Below are positions 11,708 through 25,100 of a DNA stretch of 64,000 nt, piece by piece. Both the position numbers and the translations under genes were made by a program. How positions within the stretch are numbered: position 1 is the stretch's first letter; the number at the start of each line of letters is the position of its first letter. The notes under the pieces were generated by a model. The model ran no database searches and was not told the origin of the DNA. It worked only from the letters and a program-made list of their open reading frames with translations. The stretch comes from Macrostomum lignano (taxonomy: Eukaryota), in contig NIVC01000506.1 of the NCBI GenBank assembly GCA_002269645.1, positions 62,001-126,000 on the forward strand, given 5' to 3'.

Positions 11708-12905
11708 GCTGCTGCTGAGCGGCTGGCTGGCTGGCGGGCTGGGCTCCATCTGCGGGGACAAAATCTATCATTAATAATTTAAATTGGCTTTGCAGGGAAC
11801 TAAAAATTATCGACAGCGGGTCAGCATGTTTTCGATGCCAATATCCAACATAAAAATCAAATAAGACCAGCAGTTGTTACCGGCTCGCGCCGATTTCCCC
11901 CTCCCTGGCACACACACAGGAATCTGATTCTGCGCAGCTGAAAGCGGGGATCTTCCGCTCCCCCTGCTGCGCATTGCTGTCCAGATTTTTGCGTGTTTTT
12001 TTCTGTATTTTAGCTTGCAGGTACATGTACACTCACTCTACTGGCAGTAGCTGTTCTACTCTCCGAAATTTCAGTCAGTTCTCAATGCTAATTAATTTGG
12101 GCTGTCTGGGCCGAAGTTGTCATCGAAGCCTCGGCCTTTGTTGCTTTTTATTTAGGATAATTTTTCTACCGCTATTTTAACTGCCCCCCCTGTGTTGCGC
12201 TTCTGTTTTCTATCGCCTAAGACTCCCTACCGGTCTCACTGTATTGCAGATTTCTGCTTTTACATAACACCTGCACCTTTGAACAAGCTGACATATGGTA
12301 TGGCCTTGAGAAATAAAATTAATTAATTAATAAAGCAAGACTTCATGAATCTATTTGTCTTTTCTGCTTGCTGCTCTTGAGAAACTAGTGGCATGTGTCT
12401 GGGTCCTTTGGGATTCTGTCAAAATAATTTGATAGGTTAATGTGGCATGTGTCATGCTAAATATAGTGAGTCAATAAATATAGCTTTTGCGTCTTTATTG
12501 AACTATGCCACAGCCCAGAGAGCAGCATTAACGACCAAATTGTGACTTCAGATCAAAGTGAAAAATCGAGATCAATCAGTCTCTGAGCGCCTCTTTTAGT
12601 TTTGTTGTCTTTTAATAGTCTATGGCCAAGGCCATGACATATTGTACGAGAACAGAAATTCAAACTGAGCTTGAGACTGAGAGACTTGTTTTCGCATTGC
12701 TGGAGACTTCATATTCATGTCAAAGAAAAACATAGTTAGATGTAGCTCAGTGTTACTAAAGTGCGTACATCCTACGTGGCTTCATTTCCTACTCTTATGC
12801 CATCATTCCTTCGAATACGCCCCGGTATGTGAGAGTTTCATCGTCCAGTGATGTCCTTGAGTACTTCGATGCCCTCTTCTACTCCTGCTGTATCTGTCCT
12901 CGAGT

Positions 12906-12970
12906 GTCGGCCTGGTGGTCAACACGCAGAAAACCGTCTTGCTCTGCGTGCCGGACGACATCGCGGCGTT
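12906..12970 (+). pseudogene. Possible small fragment of a non-LTR reverse transcriptase
   Basis: Translates to VGLVVNTQKTVLLCVPDDIAA, resembling the GL.IN..KT motif downstream of YADD. Very short, with no flanking motifs. Confidence 0.3.
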
Positions 12971-13788
12971 CCAGGCGGTGATCCAGACCTGGGCGCCGAC
13001 TGAGTCGCTCGAGCAACAAGTTGATCCAGTAGATCAATAGAGCTATAAGAAAGGCACAACATATTAGAATATGAACACTTAGTTTGCCGCCTTTCGAAAG
13101 CAATAACAATTTTTGTGCTGAAAAAATGAAAAACTTTCTCGGAAAACCTGTCTCCTAAAATTTCCCAAGAAACGTAGTTTCTCCGTCCTACTTGAGTAGT
13201 CCTAGGATTCTTACATTGTCCGAGGTGCGATTGCACTAAACAAAAATGATTGCAGCTGCCCAGTCGACTGTTCTACAACCAGAATTACTTGAGGAAACAG
13301 CGTTAATGTTTAAATTTTTATTGCTCTGTCTATATGCATGGTCAACATTCGACTTCAGCCCCCCCCCACAAGTAACTTTACTCAGTGAGAAAAAAAGTTG
13401 CCTGCAAGGTGGATGCATTCTACACTGCACTTGCAGCGAATCGAGGTTAACAGGGACAGCTCGCTGTGAAAGCAATTCAAGCTCCATAATCTATGTAAAT
13501 TTCCTACATTGCTACAGCTACATGCATCTCAACATTGCACAGGGCGCCGAGAAAATGGCAGTGTACAGTATACCCTTGCTGGAGAGACAGAACCGGGCCG
13601 CAGTCTATTGTCTCTGGTTAGATGTAGCACACGACTGCACACGAGCTGGCAAAGACAAGCATAGCAAACGGAGGCTCGTGCTTCATTGCCACGAGGCCAT
13701 CGCAGGCGAATAAAACAAAATAAGGTATTTCCAGGAGTTCACTGCTTCATGCGTCTGCAGCTCTCGCAGAGGCGCAAAGAAGACCAGC

Positions 13789-16700
13789 ATGTACTGCAAA
13801 GCCATGCAGAGCCTGGCTCGCAGCCTGTTTCGCAAGAAGAGCCTGGCGGAGGCCAGCTCCATGGAGACGCCGCTGAGCCGCTGCCTGTCCACCTGGGACA
13901 TGATCTTCTACGGGGTGGCGCAGATGGCAGGGGCCGGTATCTACGTGCTGGTTGGCAGCGTCATCAAGGATGAGGCAGGTGAGATTTCGCACTGCCCCCC
14001 TTATAGGGGTCGTCCTTTATATCCGGCTTCAGATTTTGTTTGGCTGAAATTCATTTGTGACACTGTAAATCATTTTTTCGACATGGCTCTGCTCAAGGAT
14101 TATTGCAGCTCATTTGCAAATGAAGAAAATTTAAACCAGCAATACATGTAGCTCGTATTATCAAAGCATCAAGGCAAACTCCACATGCGGCCCGCAAAGC
14201 CTCCCTATCCGGCCCTCTGGTTCTTTATGAACTTCACAATAGCGATCCGGCCAATTGGTTTGTCTCTCCTCTCCTCTGCCTTCTCTCCTCTTTTCTCCCT
14301 TCTCTTCTCTCTTCTCTCTTCTCTTCTCTCATCTCCTCTCCTCTCCTCTCCATTCTCTCCTCTCTTCTCCTCTCCTCTCCCTTCTCTCCTCTCTTCTCTT
14401 CTCCTCTGATCTGCCTTCGCTTCTCTCCTCTCCTCTTTCCTCTCCTCTTCTTTCTCTCCTCTCCTCTCCCTCCTCTCCCGTCTCCCCTTCCCCTCTCCTA
14501 TTTCATTTCTCCTCTATTCTCTCTCCTCTCTCCCCTCCTCTGGCCTCTCCTCATGCGCTAGGTTCTCTACCTGTATCTGGCCCTTAAGATAAAAACCCGT
14601 GTGGAAGGGGTCTTTGTCAGTTCAGTAGAAACAGTTCTGCTGCTTTTAGGATGTTAGGCAGGGCTGCCATTTTTGCTTAGTTAGGGCAGTCCAGCAGTCC
14701 GAGGCCCCGCAAGGGTGCGGCGCTGTTCCGGGCGACGAGCGAATCATCTGCTGGCAGCAGGCGCTGCTGCTGATTCTGCAGGAATTCGGTCGGCAGTGCC
14801 TTGGCTCCCCAGCTTTGAGTCGCGCCGTGTGACAGCCTATTTTGTTGAAATATATTCCTGGAATGACCTTGAACTGTCCCCAGGCCCGGCAGCCGTGTTC
14901 AGCTTCGCACTCTGCGCCATCGCCAGCCTCTTCACCGGGCTCTGCTACATGGAATTCTCCACTCTGGTGCCCCGGGCCGGCAGCTGCTACACATTCACCT
15001 ACATCGCCATGGGCGAGCTGCCAGCCTTCGTCATCGGCTGGACGATGCTCTCCGACCTGCTGCTGGCCGTGGCCTCCGTGGCGAAGTCCTTCAGCAGCAC
15101 CCTGGACGCCCTGACTGGCCGGGCCGTCAGCAACTTCACCACCGCCCACATGCCGCTGCCGGCCACCAGCTTCCTGGACACCGGGCCGGACTGGATCGCC
15201 TTCGCGCTGGTGCTGCTGGCCGCGGGCGTCACCGCCACCGGGGCGGCCGCCTCAATGCGGCTGACGGCCGTCATCACCGCCGTGCAGCTGCTGCTGCTGG
15301 CCGGCATCGCCGTCGGCTGCTTCGTCCTCGGCTCGGCAGCCAACTGGACCGAATTTGCGCCCTACGGCGTTGGCGGCATCTTCAAAGGCGCCACGGTGGC
15401 CGTGTTCGCCTTCTCCGGCTTCGAGGCGCTGGCAAACGCTGCTGAGGAGTGCCAGAATCCGCGGCGCTCGCTGCCTGTGGCGCTGCTCGCCTCCCTGGGC
15501 GTCGTCAGCGGCCTCTACCTGGCCGCCTGCCTGGGGCTGTCTTACCTGGTCTATTATAAGGTGCGGGCTGGCTGTGGGATTGGTGTGGGACTCGGCGTGG
15601 GATTGGTGTGGGATTGGTGTGGGACTGGTGTGGGTCTGGTGTGGGATTGGTGTGGGACTGGTGTGGGTCTGGTGTGGGATTGGTGTGAGACTCGTGTGGG
15701 ATTGGTGTGGGTCTGGTGTGGGACTGGTGTGGGACTCAGCGTGGGATTGGTGTGAGATTTGTGTGGGATTGGTGTGGGATAGGTGTGGGTCTGGTGTGGG
15801 ATTGGTGTGGGACTGGTGTGGGACTGGTGTGGGATTGGTGTGGGTCTGGTGTGGGATTGGTGTGGGACTGGTGTGGGATTAGTGTGGGACTGGTGTGGGT
15901 CTGGTGTGGGATTGGTGTGGGATTGGTGTGAGATTTGTGTGGGATTGGTGTGGGATTGGTGTGGGTCTGGTGTGGGATTAGTGTGGGACTGATGTGGGAC
16001 TGGTGTGGGACTGGAGTGGGACTGGTGTGGGACTCGGTGTGGGACTGGTGTGGGATTGGTGTGGGACTGGTGTGGGTCTGGTGTGGGATTGGTGTGGGTC
16101 TGGTGTGGGATTAGTGTGTGATTGGTGTGGGACTGGTGTGGGACTGGTGTGGGATTTGTCTTGGACTGACGTGGAATTGGTGTGGGACTGGTGTGGGATT
16201 GGTGTGGGACTGGTGTGGGATTGGTGTGGGATTTGTGTGGGACTCGGTGTGGGACTGGTGTGGGACTGATTGAGGCTCCCAGATGGAACTGGAAGATGCT
16301 GGCCCCAAGCAGTGGCCAAAGCCAGCCTCGCAGCTCTGTCCCCGCCGCACCCGCAGGCGCTGGATATCGGGTCGCCCTTCGTCCTCGGCTTCGCGCACAG
16401 CCGCGCCCCCTGGCTACAGTTCGTGGCCGCCGTCGGCACCCTGCTGGCCACCGCGGCCACCAAGTTCTCCACGGTGTACATCGTGCCTCGCCTGTTCTAC
16501 GCTCTCGCCTCCGACCGCGTGATCTTCGCCTGCTTCGCCAAGGTGCACCCGCGTCTGGGCGTCCCGCTGGTCGGCCTCGCCGTCGGCGCCGCCATCTCCT
16601 CGGTGGCGGCCCTCCTCATCAACGTGGAGACGCTGGCCAGCCTGTACTCGCTCGGCACCCTGCTGTCCTACCTGGCCATCGGCATCAACCTGTACATCCT

Positions 16701-17761
16701 GCGGCATCTGCACGACTCCAGTAGGCAGCCCGAGCTGCGGCCCTGGGCGCCCGGCTGCTTCTCTTGTTGCCATAGAAACGGCGCCGTTGTCAAGGTGACG
16801 CTGGCCGGCTACGCGGTCGCCTCGGCGCTGTTCGGCGTCGCCTGCAACGTCGCCGCGCCGCTGGGCGTCTGGTGGGCCTGGTTGCTCACCGCCCTGGCCG
16901 CCCTGCCGCCGCTGCTCACCGGGGCGGCGCTCTGCCTCTTCCAGCCGGCCGACGCGCCACCTGGGGCCTACGTGTCCCCGCTGATGCCGCTGGCGCCGCT
17001 CCTGGCCGTGCTGGTCAACGGCCTCCTGCTGGCCAGCCTGCAGCCCCTCACCTGGCTGCGCTTCCTCGTGTGGACCGCCATCGGTGAGCTGGTGGGGCTT
17101 CGGTCTATGGGGTGGGTCAGGCAGACTGTACGAGCTAGGGGTAGGCGTACACTGTACAGGTGAGTCAGGTGAGCTGTACAGGTGATTCAGGTGAGCTGTA
17201 CAGTTGAGTCAGGTGAGCTGTACAGTTAGTCAGGTGAGCTGTACAGGTGAGTCAGGTGAGCTGTACAGGTGATTCAGGTGAACTGTACAGGTGAGTCAGG
17301 TGAACTGTACAGGTGAGTCTGGTGAGCTGTACAGGTGATTCAGGTGAACTGTACAGGTGAGTCAGGTGAACTGTACAGGTGAGTCAGGTGAGCTGTACAG
17401 GTGAGTCAGGTGAACTGTACAGGTGAGTCAGGTGAACTGTACAGGTGAGTCAGGTGAACTGTACAGGTGAGTCAGGTGAACTGTACTGTGCAGGTGAGTC
17501 AGGTGGCAATCGATAAAATGGGTCAAGTAGAGACGATAGAATGGGTCAGATGTCGGTCAGCCGCAGGCTGCTGCCCAGTTCAGTTCGGCAAGCACCACCC
17601 GACCACCCGCAGGTCTGCTGATCTACGGCCTCTACGGCTTTCGGCATAGCCGGGCGGCAGAGGAGGCGGCGGCGGAGGACTACGAGCCGCTGAGGGAGGA
17701 GGGCGGCCGGGATGGTGGAGAGAAACTGCAGCAACCGGACGAGGAGACTCGGCTGTCCTGA
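13789..17761 (+). CDS. Cationic amino-acid transporter (SLC7/CAT, APC superfamily), about 580 aa; exons 13789-13978, 14884-15560, 16357-17083, 17613-17761
   Basis: CAT motifs LFRKK..LSRCL, GAGIYVL.G...EAG|PAA, LCYMEF..VPRAGS.Y, GELPAFVIGW, FAFSGFE, EECQNP, PR.FYALA.D, PLMP..P and the C-terminal WTAIG|LLIYGLYGFRHS. All three introns are GT-AG with matching phases; spliced length 1743 nt. Confidence 0.92.
14263..14555. repeat. CT-rich low-complexity tract in CAT intron 1
   Basis: Imperfect (CTCTC/TTCTC)n pyrimidine run. Confidence 0.9.
15570..16270. repeat. 11-bp minisatellite (GGTGTGGGA[C/T]T) in CAT intron 2
   Basis: Direct tandem repeat starting just after the exon 2 donor. Confidence 0.95.
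17152..17487 (+). repeat. 22-bp minisatellite (CTGTACAGGTGAGTCAGGTGA[G/A]) in CAT intron 3
   Basis: About 15 copies. Most units contain CAG|GTGAGT plus a second CAG|GTGA. Confidence 0.95.
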
Positions 17762-19182
17762 GCACTGCTCAGCTATATTTCGCAGACCTACTATCAGTAA
17801 TATATGTGACCAATATTTATTAGTGTTTATCAAAGCATTTCTATACTCAACTGTTTCATCATTGCGCGCCGTAATCCTATATCCTAAAAATGAGTTGTCT
17901 GTGGGTAGGTAGGTAGGTAGGTATGCGATAGATTTCAGAAAAATTGGCTCAACCGATTTTCTTCAAACTTGCACCATTCGATCAGAAATTTTCCTGGGAC
18001 GGTACATGCATCTTGGCTAAGAAATTGCTCAATGTTAAAGGGATTAAATATTCGAAAAACATGCTTTTTTGCAAAGGTCAAGCAGCTCTTTCGACCTGAA
18101 ATGCTAGAGAAAAAACTGACTGGCTGAATTCCGATTGTGATAAAGATTGCATAACAGCTGAATTGTACCTCCGACTTGAATTGCGTCACAGTGTTGAAAA
18201 CACTGTGTAGAAGCATATTACGAGACTTGATTTAGACTGCGTAACCATATTGTTAACTTTGATTAGAACTGATATACTGACCGATTGAAAAATTGATTAT
18301 GTCATAACTGCTTCGTGCTCATCTTATAGTGTAATTTTTGTTAAACATAAAAGAGGCGTCATGACAAACCTAAAAAAATGCTAGCGTCGAGGCTTACTAA
18401 TGTACAAGTGTCATAAAAATCGTAAAAGAAGTGTCATTTTAAGCATGAAAAGTAGTTCTTGTAAAGCCTAGAAGAAGCGCGAATATTCGAATAACACACA
18501 TGCCTTTCTGCAAGGGTCAAGCAGAACTTTCTACTGTGAGCCATTCTGATTGGAATTGAACTTTGCAGCGCCCAGTAAAGTAGTATTTTTTGTCGCCAGG
18601 CTAGAGAACTATAAATGTAGACTGCGAAAAAAGATTGTACATTATAAAATGTCCCCGTGCACAATTAACATACTAACTTTAAATGCTGGAGAGAGGGAGA
18701 GTGAGAGATTGAAATACATGCACATATATACAGTATCTAATTGATTCACAATATACGAACCATGTTTGCGACTAACCCCCCAAAATGTAATAAAACCGTC
18801 TGATTGTAAAAAGGTCCAAAAGTGCCACAGAGATAGATGTACGCTCGTACATTGGCTACTGAGGCTTGCGCCTCCTTCAGAAAATTTATCTGAATCCTTT
18901 CACATAGGAGAGTTAGAGTTAGGTGTTTGAGAGAGAGTATTGAATAATAAAAAAGTCCTGACCAATTAGCAGGCGGGTATTGGAGAGAATTTAGGCTTGC
19001 TGTACACACTGACAGTCTAACAGTGTACAAATGGTGTCCAGCTTTTTGGGATTGGGTGGTTGCTGAGTTTAAAACGCGTGACATTATAGACTTCATACCT
19101 TTCTCTTTTCTCGCACACAACCCCTACTATCCTTTCTTTTCATTATCACTCAAAATTCTTATCTTTCAATTTGAATTCCAAT

Positions 19183-22100
19183 ATGGCTCGACGTGGCACC
19201 AGCGCATTGAAGAAGAGCAGAGATGCCAAGAAGAAGCGTCAGCAAGAGAGTGCCGTTCAGCGAGAGGAGCGGCTGGCTGAACTGCGGCAGCAGAAGGATG
19301 AGCGAACGGCCATGGAGACTGACGCGCAGCGAGAAGAGCGGTTGGCTGGACTGCGGCAGCAGAAGGCTGAGCGAACGGCCATGGAGACTGACGCGCAGCG
19401 AGAGGAGCGGCTGGCTGAACTGCGGCAGCAGAAGGCTGAGCGAACGGCCATGGAGACTGACGCGCAGCGAGAGGAGCGGCTGGCTGAACTGCGGCAGCAG
19501 AAGGCTGAGCGAACGGCCATGGAGACTGACGCGCAGCGAGAAGAGCGGCTGGCTGGACACCGGCAGCAGGAGGCTGAGCGAAGGGCAACTGAAACCGACG
19601 CTCAGCGAGAAGAGCGTAGATCTGGAGACAGAACTCGTGCGGAGAAGCGACGCGCTTCAGAAACCGAAGAGCAACGAAGAGCTCGAGTGGAAGCCGAGCA
19701 AATTCGCCGTCGAGGAGTGTCGGCTGGCAGGTAGGATGACATTTTAATTGGAGCTATATATTTTATAGCCATATAAAATCCAAGTGCCCATTGTGCCTAA
19801 TTCGGGGTATTTTCTATCTTAGCTGATGTTTTATTGGTACTTGGGCATATAATTAAAAACTGGAATCTGTTTCGTGCATTTTTTCTCATCTTTTCAAGTC
19901 GATTGCTTTCCAAGAGTTTTATTTAAGAGATCAGTATAGAATAGCATAAAATTTATTCGTCACTACTTTAATTACCGGCAAATGAAGTTGTGTATAATTT
20001 TTTTCCTATATTCCAGGTTTGATAGTAGTGAGTTGGCCACACCGTCTGTGGTACCTTTTGATGCGTTGCGCATAATTCGCATTCCTGGTGATGGGAACTG
20101 TTTTTTTTATGCAGTCTGTGATCAGTTGCAGGGCACTCCACTTGAGACCGATGCGGCATCTTTAAGACACGAGCTGACGAGCCGTGTAGTGCAGATTATG
20201 CCAGAATTGATTGAACAAGGCTTTGTTTTGCCAGAAAATGCTGATTTCATTGTTGATTCCTCTTTTTCTGAAGGCACATATGTGCCTGATGAAGTTGTTC
20301 CGCTTTTAAGCCGTTGTTTTAATGTTGATCTGGTGATTTATCAAGAAAACGGGACTGTACTGCAGTACTGTATGTCCCCTTTGCAGCCACCGATTGCAAT
20401 CGTCCGAATTCTTTTGCGTCATGAGCATTATGAGTCATTGCGATTTGCTAATCCGATTCCAGTTTCTGAGCCCATTGTAGATGCAGAGGAGCCAAGATTA
20501 ACTCAGCAGAGTGCAGGTCATTTTGGCGCAAGACCTGCTCAAGAGAGGTAGGTCATTGGTGTGACTGGTCATCATAATTTATTTGTCATCGAAATCAAGT
20601 TGTTTTATTCCAATAAATTTTTTTGTAAACTGAAAGATTAACTGGGAAAACTGTTTGCCATTAATCCTTCCTAATCCTAATCCTTCCAATCACAGGCCAG
20701 AACGGATTATCAGGCCTGAAGCGCCAGCCCATAACTGTGGCCCAATGGACAGAGCATGCGACCAATGCGGTGCATTACTTTGGTGCTCTGAGACGAGGAA
20801 TTTCTGCTGCGCCAAAGGCAAGGTAAAGCTGCCCAGCCGCACCGTGCCTCAAGTGCTGGCGGATCTGTACCTGGGGCGGCACAGACTGAGTGCCGAGTTC
20901 CTGACCAACATTCGGAGTTACAACTCGGCGCTGCACCTGACATCGCTGGGTGCCAAACTGCGGTTGGTGCCAGGCTGGTGTCCCAGCTTCATCATCAGCG
21001 GCCAGTTGCATCACAACACGGCGCCGCTGTTTGCAGAGGATTCAGCTGAGCCCCATGGCTGGCAGGTGTATTTCAATGATCGCGAACTTGAAAGCCGCCA
21101 GAGTCTCAGCCAGAAGGTGAAGCCGGAGCTACTGGAGCTATTGCAGACGCTGCTTCACGAGTGCAACGGCTATGTCCGCAGCCTGAGGGCAGTCGCTCAT
21201 CGAATCAGTCAAGATCCGGAGTTGGGAGATGCGCGAATCGTGATTCACCCTGACCGTCGACCATCTGGGGAACACATTCGGTATGTCTGCAAGACATTCT
21301 AATAAGATATTTTGCGTAATAAATTATCCAATTATCCAATTTGTACAAACTCAGTATCCCACAAACTCCGTTCAAAATAAGGCGCTACAACTTGCCTACG
21401 GCGAACGAGGTCGGTATCCTGATTGTGGAGGACAATGAGAACACACCGGCCAGTCGGGACGTCGTGATTCAACTGCGTGGGGGCGGTTCTCAGCGAATCA
21501 GTGAGACGCACCGCTCATATGACCCGCTGGAGTATGTGCTGCTGTTCCCGAATGGCGAAGATGGCTGGCACCCGGAGTTGCTGATGAGTAATGGCAAGAA
21601 ATTGACGCCCATGAAATACTATGCGAGCGAAATCATGGTGCGAGCGGGCCAGTTCAGTGTGCTGCACTATGGCCGAAGATTATTTCAGCAGTACTTGGTG
21701 GACATGTGTGCCAAGATTGAGGCAGAGAGGCTGCTGTATTTGCGGACCCATCAGCAGGACCTGCGCAGCGAGACGTACAGCGGTCTGCGGGACGCTCTGT
21801 TTGCAGCTGATGGCAGGTCTACCGACAGAGATCCGAGTGACATAGGCAAGCCCGCGCATGTGCTTCTGTCTTCGAGCTTCGTTGGCGGGCCAAGGTACCT
21901 GATGGAGAGGCTACAGGACGCTATGACCTATGTTCACAAGTTCGGTAAGCCGGACCTGTTTGTCACCGCAACGTGCAATCCGAAATGGCCGGAGATCAGC
22001 GCTCAGCTTCTGCCTGGACAGCGGGCAGAAGACCGGCCCGACATTGTTAGCCGAGTCTTTGAAATGAAGAAGAAAGCTCTGCTGGCCCAGTTGACCAAGC

Positions 22101-25100
22101 GCTATGGGAAAGAGGCCGCTCACGTTTGCTCACTGGAGTACCAGAAGCGTGGTGAGTAAAAATTCTGACTTGCAAGAATCAAAGTTTTAAGATTTATTAA
22201 AATTTAGATTTACAATGGTTTTGTGATATTTTTTAATACTTTTTTTGACGCTCCAGGTCTTCCCCATGTGCACTTTCTGCTGTGGCTCGTGAGCGGTCAG
22301 CGAGTGACTCCGGACCGATACGATGACATCGTGTCTGCCGAGATTCCGGACCCAGAGCAGCAGCCTGTGCTGTATGAGCTGGTGAAGACGCACATGATCC
22401 ATGGCCCCTGCGGCAAGGAGAATCCGGCGTGTCCTTGCATGGAGAATGGCGAATGCAGCAAGGGCTTTCCGAAAGAGTTCCAGCAGGTGACGCTGACCAG
22501 CGATACTGGCTACCCACTGTACCGCAGACTATCGCCTGAGATGGGCGGATTTACAGTGGACAAACTGTTCAAAGGCCGGAGCATTCGCATGGACAACAGG
22601 GAAGTTCAAACGCTAATATATTGCTTAGTTGTGCATTGCAGCTTTTGTTTCTGAAAGTTAATGATATTATTTTTTCATTAAAACAGGTGGGTCGTTCCGT
22701 ACAGCCCTGACCTGTTGCTCCAGTTTGCGTGCCACTTGAACGTCGAAGTTTGCGCCACTGTGAAGTCGGTCAAGTACGTGATCAAGTACCTGTTAAAGGG
22801 TGGCGACATGGCGACGTTCAAAGTCGATGCCAATAGGAATTCTACTGAACCGAGAGAGCAGGCAGTGGGTAACCAGCAGCCGACGCAAACGACACGAAAT
22901 GAGCCGCGGCGTGATGAGATTAAGGAGTACCTGTCCGCGCGCTACATTGGTCCAATGGAAGCCGTGAATACCATCTTGGGCTTTGAAGTAATTCGCATTC
23001 TAATTATTATTGGCTCATTTTAACCAGAGCTGTGAAACCTCGTCATAGTATAAATTGAATTTCGATCGAAACTTAAAGGCTGTATATTTTCCTTTCACTT
23101 TCTGATCAGGTGCACAACAGGTTTCCGGCGGTCATCCGACTCTGCGTTCACAAGTCGGAAGAGCAGCTCGTGTATTTCAACGAGGGGACCGCAAGAGCAA
23201 AAGCGAGAACGCCGAAGGATTCGACGTTGACGGCGTTTTTCAAGCTGTGCCGTATTGACGAATTTGCTGGGTCCTTGCTCTACACGGAGGTGCCGTCCTA
23301 CTTTGTGTGGCACTCCAGCGAAAGAGAGTGGCGGCGGGCCAAGCAGGGTGTGCGAGTCGATGGCCATCCGGGTGTAGTGCGGAACAAAAACGTTGCACGC
23401 ATGTACACGGTGAGTCCAAGAGCAGGTGATTTATTTTATGTTCGAATGCTCCTTTTGAATGTTAGGGGACCGACTAGCTTCGAGGCGCTGCAGACCGTGG
23501 ACGGCGTTGTGCATCCGAGCGCCAAGGCTGCTTGCATGGCCCTTGGCCTGCTGCAGCGAGATGATCACTGGCGGCGGTGTCTAGCTGAGGCCGTTCAGTC
23601 AAGAATGCCAAGAGCCCTGAGACATCTTCTGGCCGTAATTCTCATATGGGGTGAGCCTGAGGATGGCAGCGACCTCTGGTGCAGTTTTGCCGAGGATCTC
23701 AGCGAGGACCTGCGGTTTCACCACCGAGACTTGAGCACCGAGGAGATTACTGACCTGGCGCTGCGTGAGCTTCAGAGCATGCTGATCTCCATGGGCGGGA
23801 GAAGCCTGCCAGAGTACGGCCTGCCTGCGGCCTCCGTGACACCTCAAGATGGACCAATGCAGTTTGATACGGTTGAGCAAGCACTGATTACTGAGGCGCG
23901 CTTACCAATGCTGACAGATGAGCAGAAAGCGGTGTACGAGTCCGTGACTCAGAATCTTGTGGACGGCACCAGCGGCTTGCACTTCCTGGACGCGCCCGCT
24001 GGCACTGGCAAGACCTTCCTGCTGGAGGTTCTGCTAGCCTTCGTGCGCAGCCGGGGTGAAGTCGCCCTCGCCGTTGCGGCTTCTGGAATCGCAGCGACTC
24101 TTTTGCCAGGTGGACAGACGGCGCATTCAACGTGAGTAATTTATTGTCAATATTTCAAAAAGCAGTTGTAAATATTTCGTGTGCTGTAAATATGTTCGGC
24201 ATGGTGAAACTATTTGTCTATGCCAGGTTCAAGATACCAATTCGGGCGATCCGTTCGAGCAAAGACGTGTGCGCTGTTGGAGCGCAGTCCAAACAGGCCG
24301 CTGTATTTCGGACAGTGCGTCTAATTGTCTGGGACGAGATTTCTATGACAAACCGGAAGGATTTGGAGGCCGTCGACCGGTGCTTGCGAGACGTGCGGAA
24401 GCAGGACGTGCCATTCGGCGGAGTGGTTTTCGTTTGCGCTGGGGACTTTCGCCAGTTGCTGCCCGTTGTGGTGCATGGGACTCGAGCCAACAGCGTCATG
24501 GCGTGTGTCAGCAGATCCCCACTGTGGAAATTTTTCCGGCGGCATCGCCTTACAAGAAACATCCGATTGCTGAGCAGTTCCGATTCTGCAACGTATTTGA
24601 GATACACCGAGCTACTCAAGCAGGTAAGTTTGTTTTCATCAGTTTATTTATTGGAAGATTTAAGGATGTTCGGTTTCTTTCGTGTTGAGAGCTCCATTTT
24701 AAAAATTGTGGCTTATTCAAGAATGCCTTGCTTAAAGTCTGTCTAGCGTTTTAAATATTTGACTTTTAACTCCCCCAGATCGGATCCGGAACAATTGAGC
24801 AGGATGCAGAGGAGAAAGTGTCTCTTCCTGCTGAGATCATCATTTCTGCGGAGGCGCCGCTCAATGATCTTATAAATTTTGTGTACCCATCGTTTGAGGC
24901 CTCAGTGGAGAGGGACGGCTACTTTGCAAGCCGAGCGATCCTGGCGCCGTACAATGACTCAGTGGATGCCATCAACGAGACGTGCCTGGGCATGTTCCCC
25001 GGCAGCCTGCGGGAGTACCGCTCAATAGACAGTGTGGCCGATGAGGATGCCGCTACGCACTTCCCGCCTGAGTTGCTCAACCAGCTGGATGCCCCGAACT

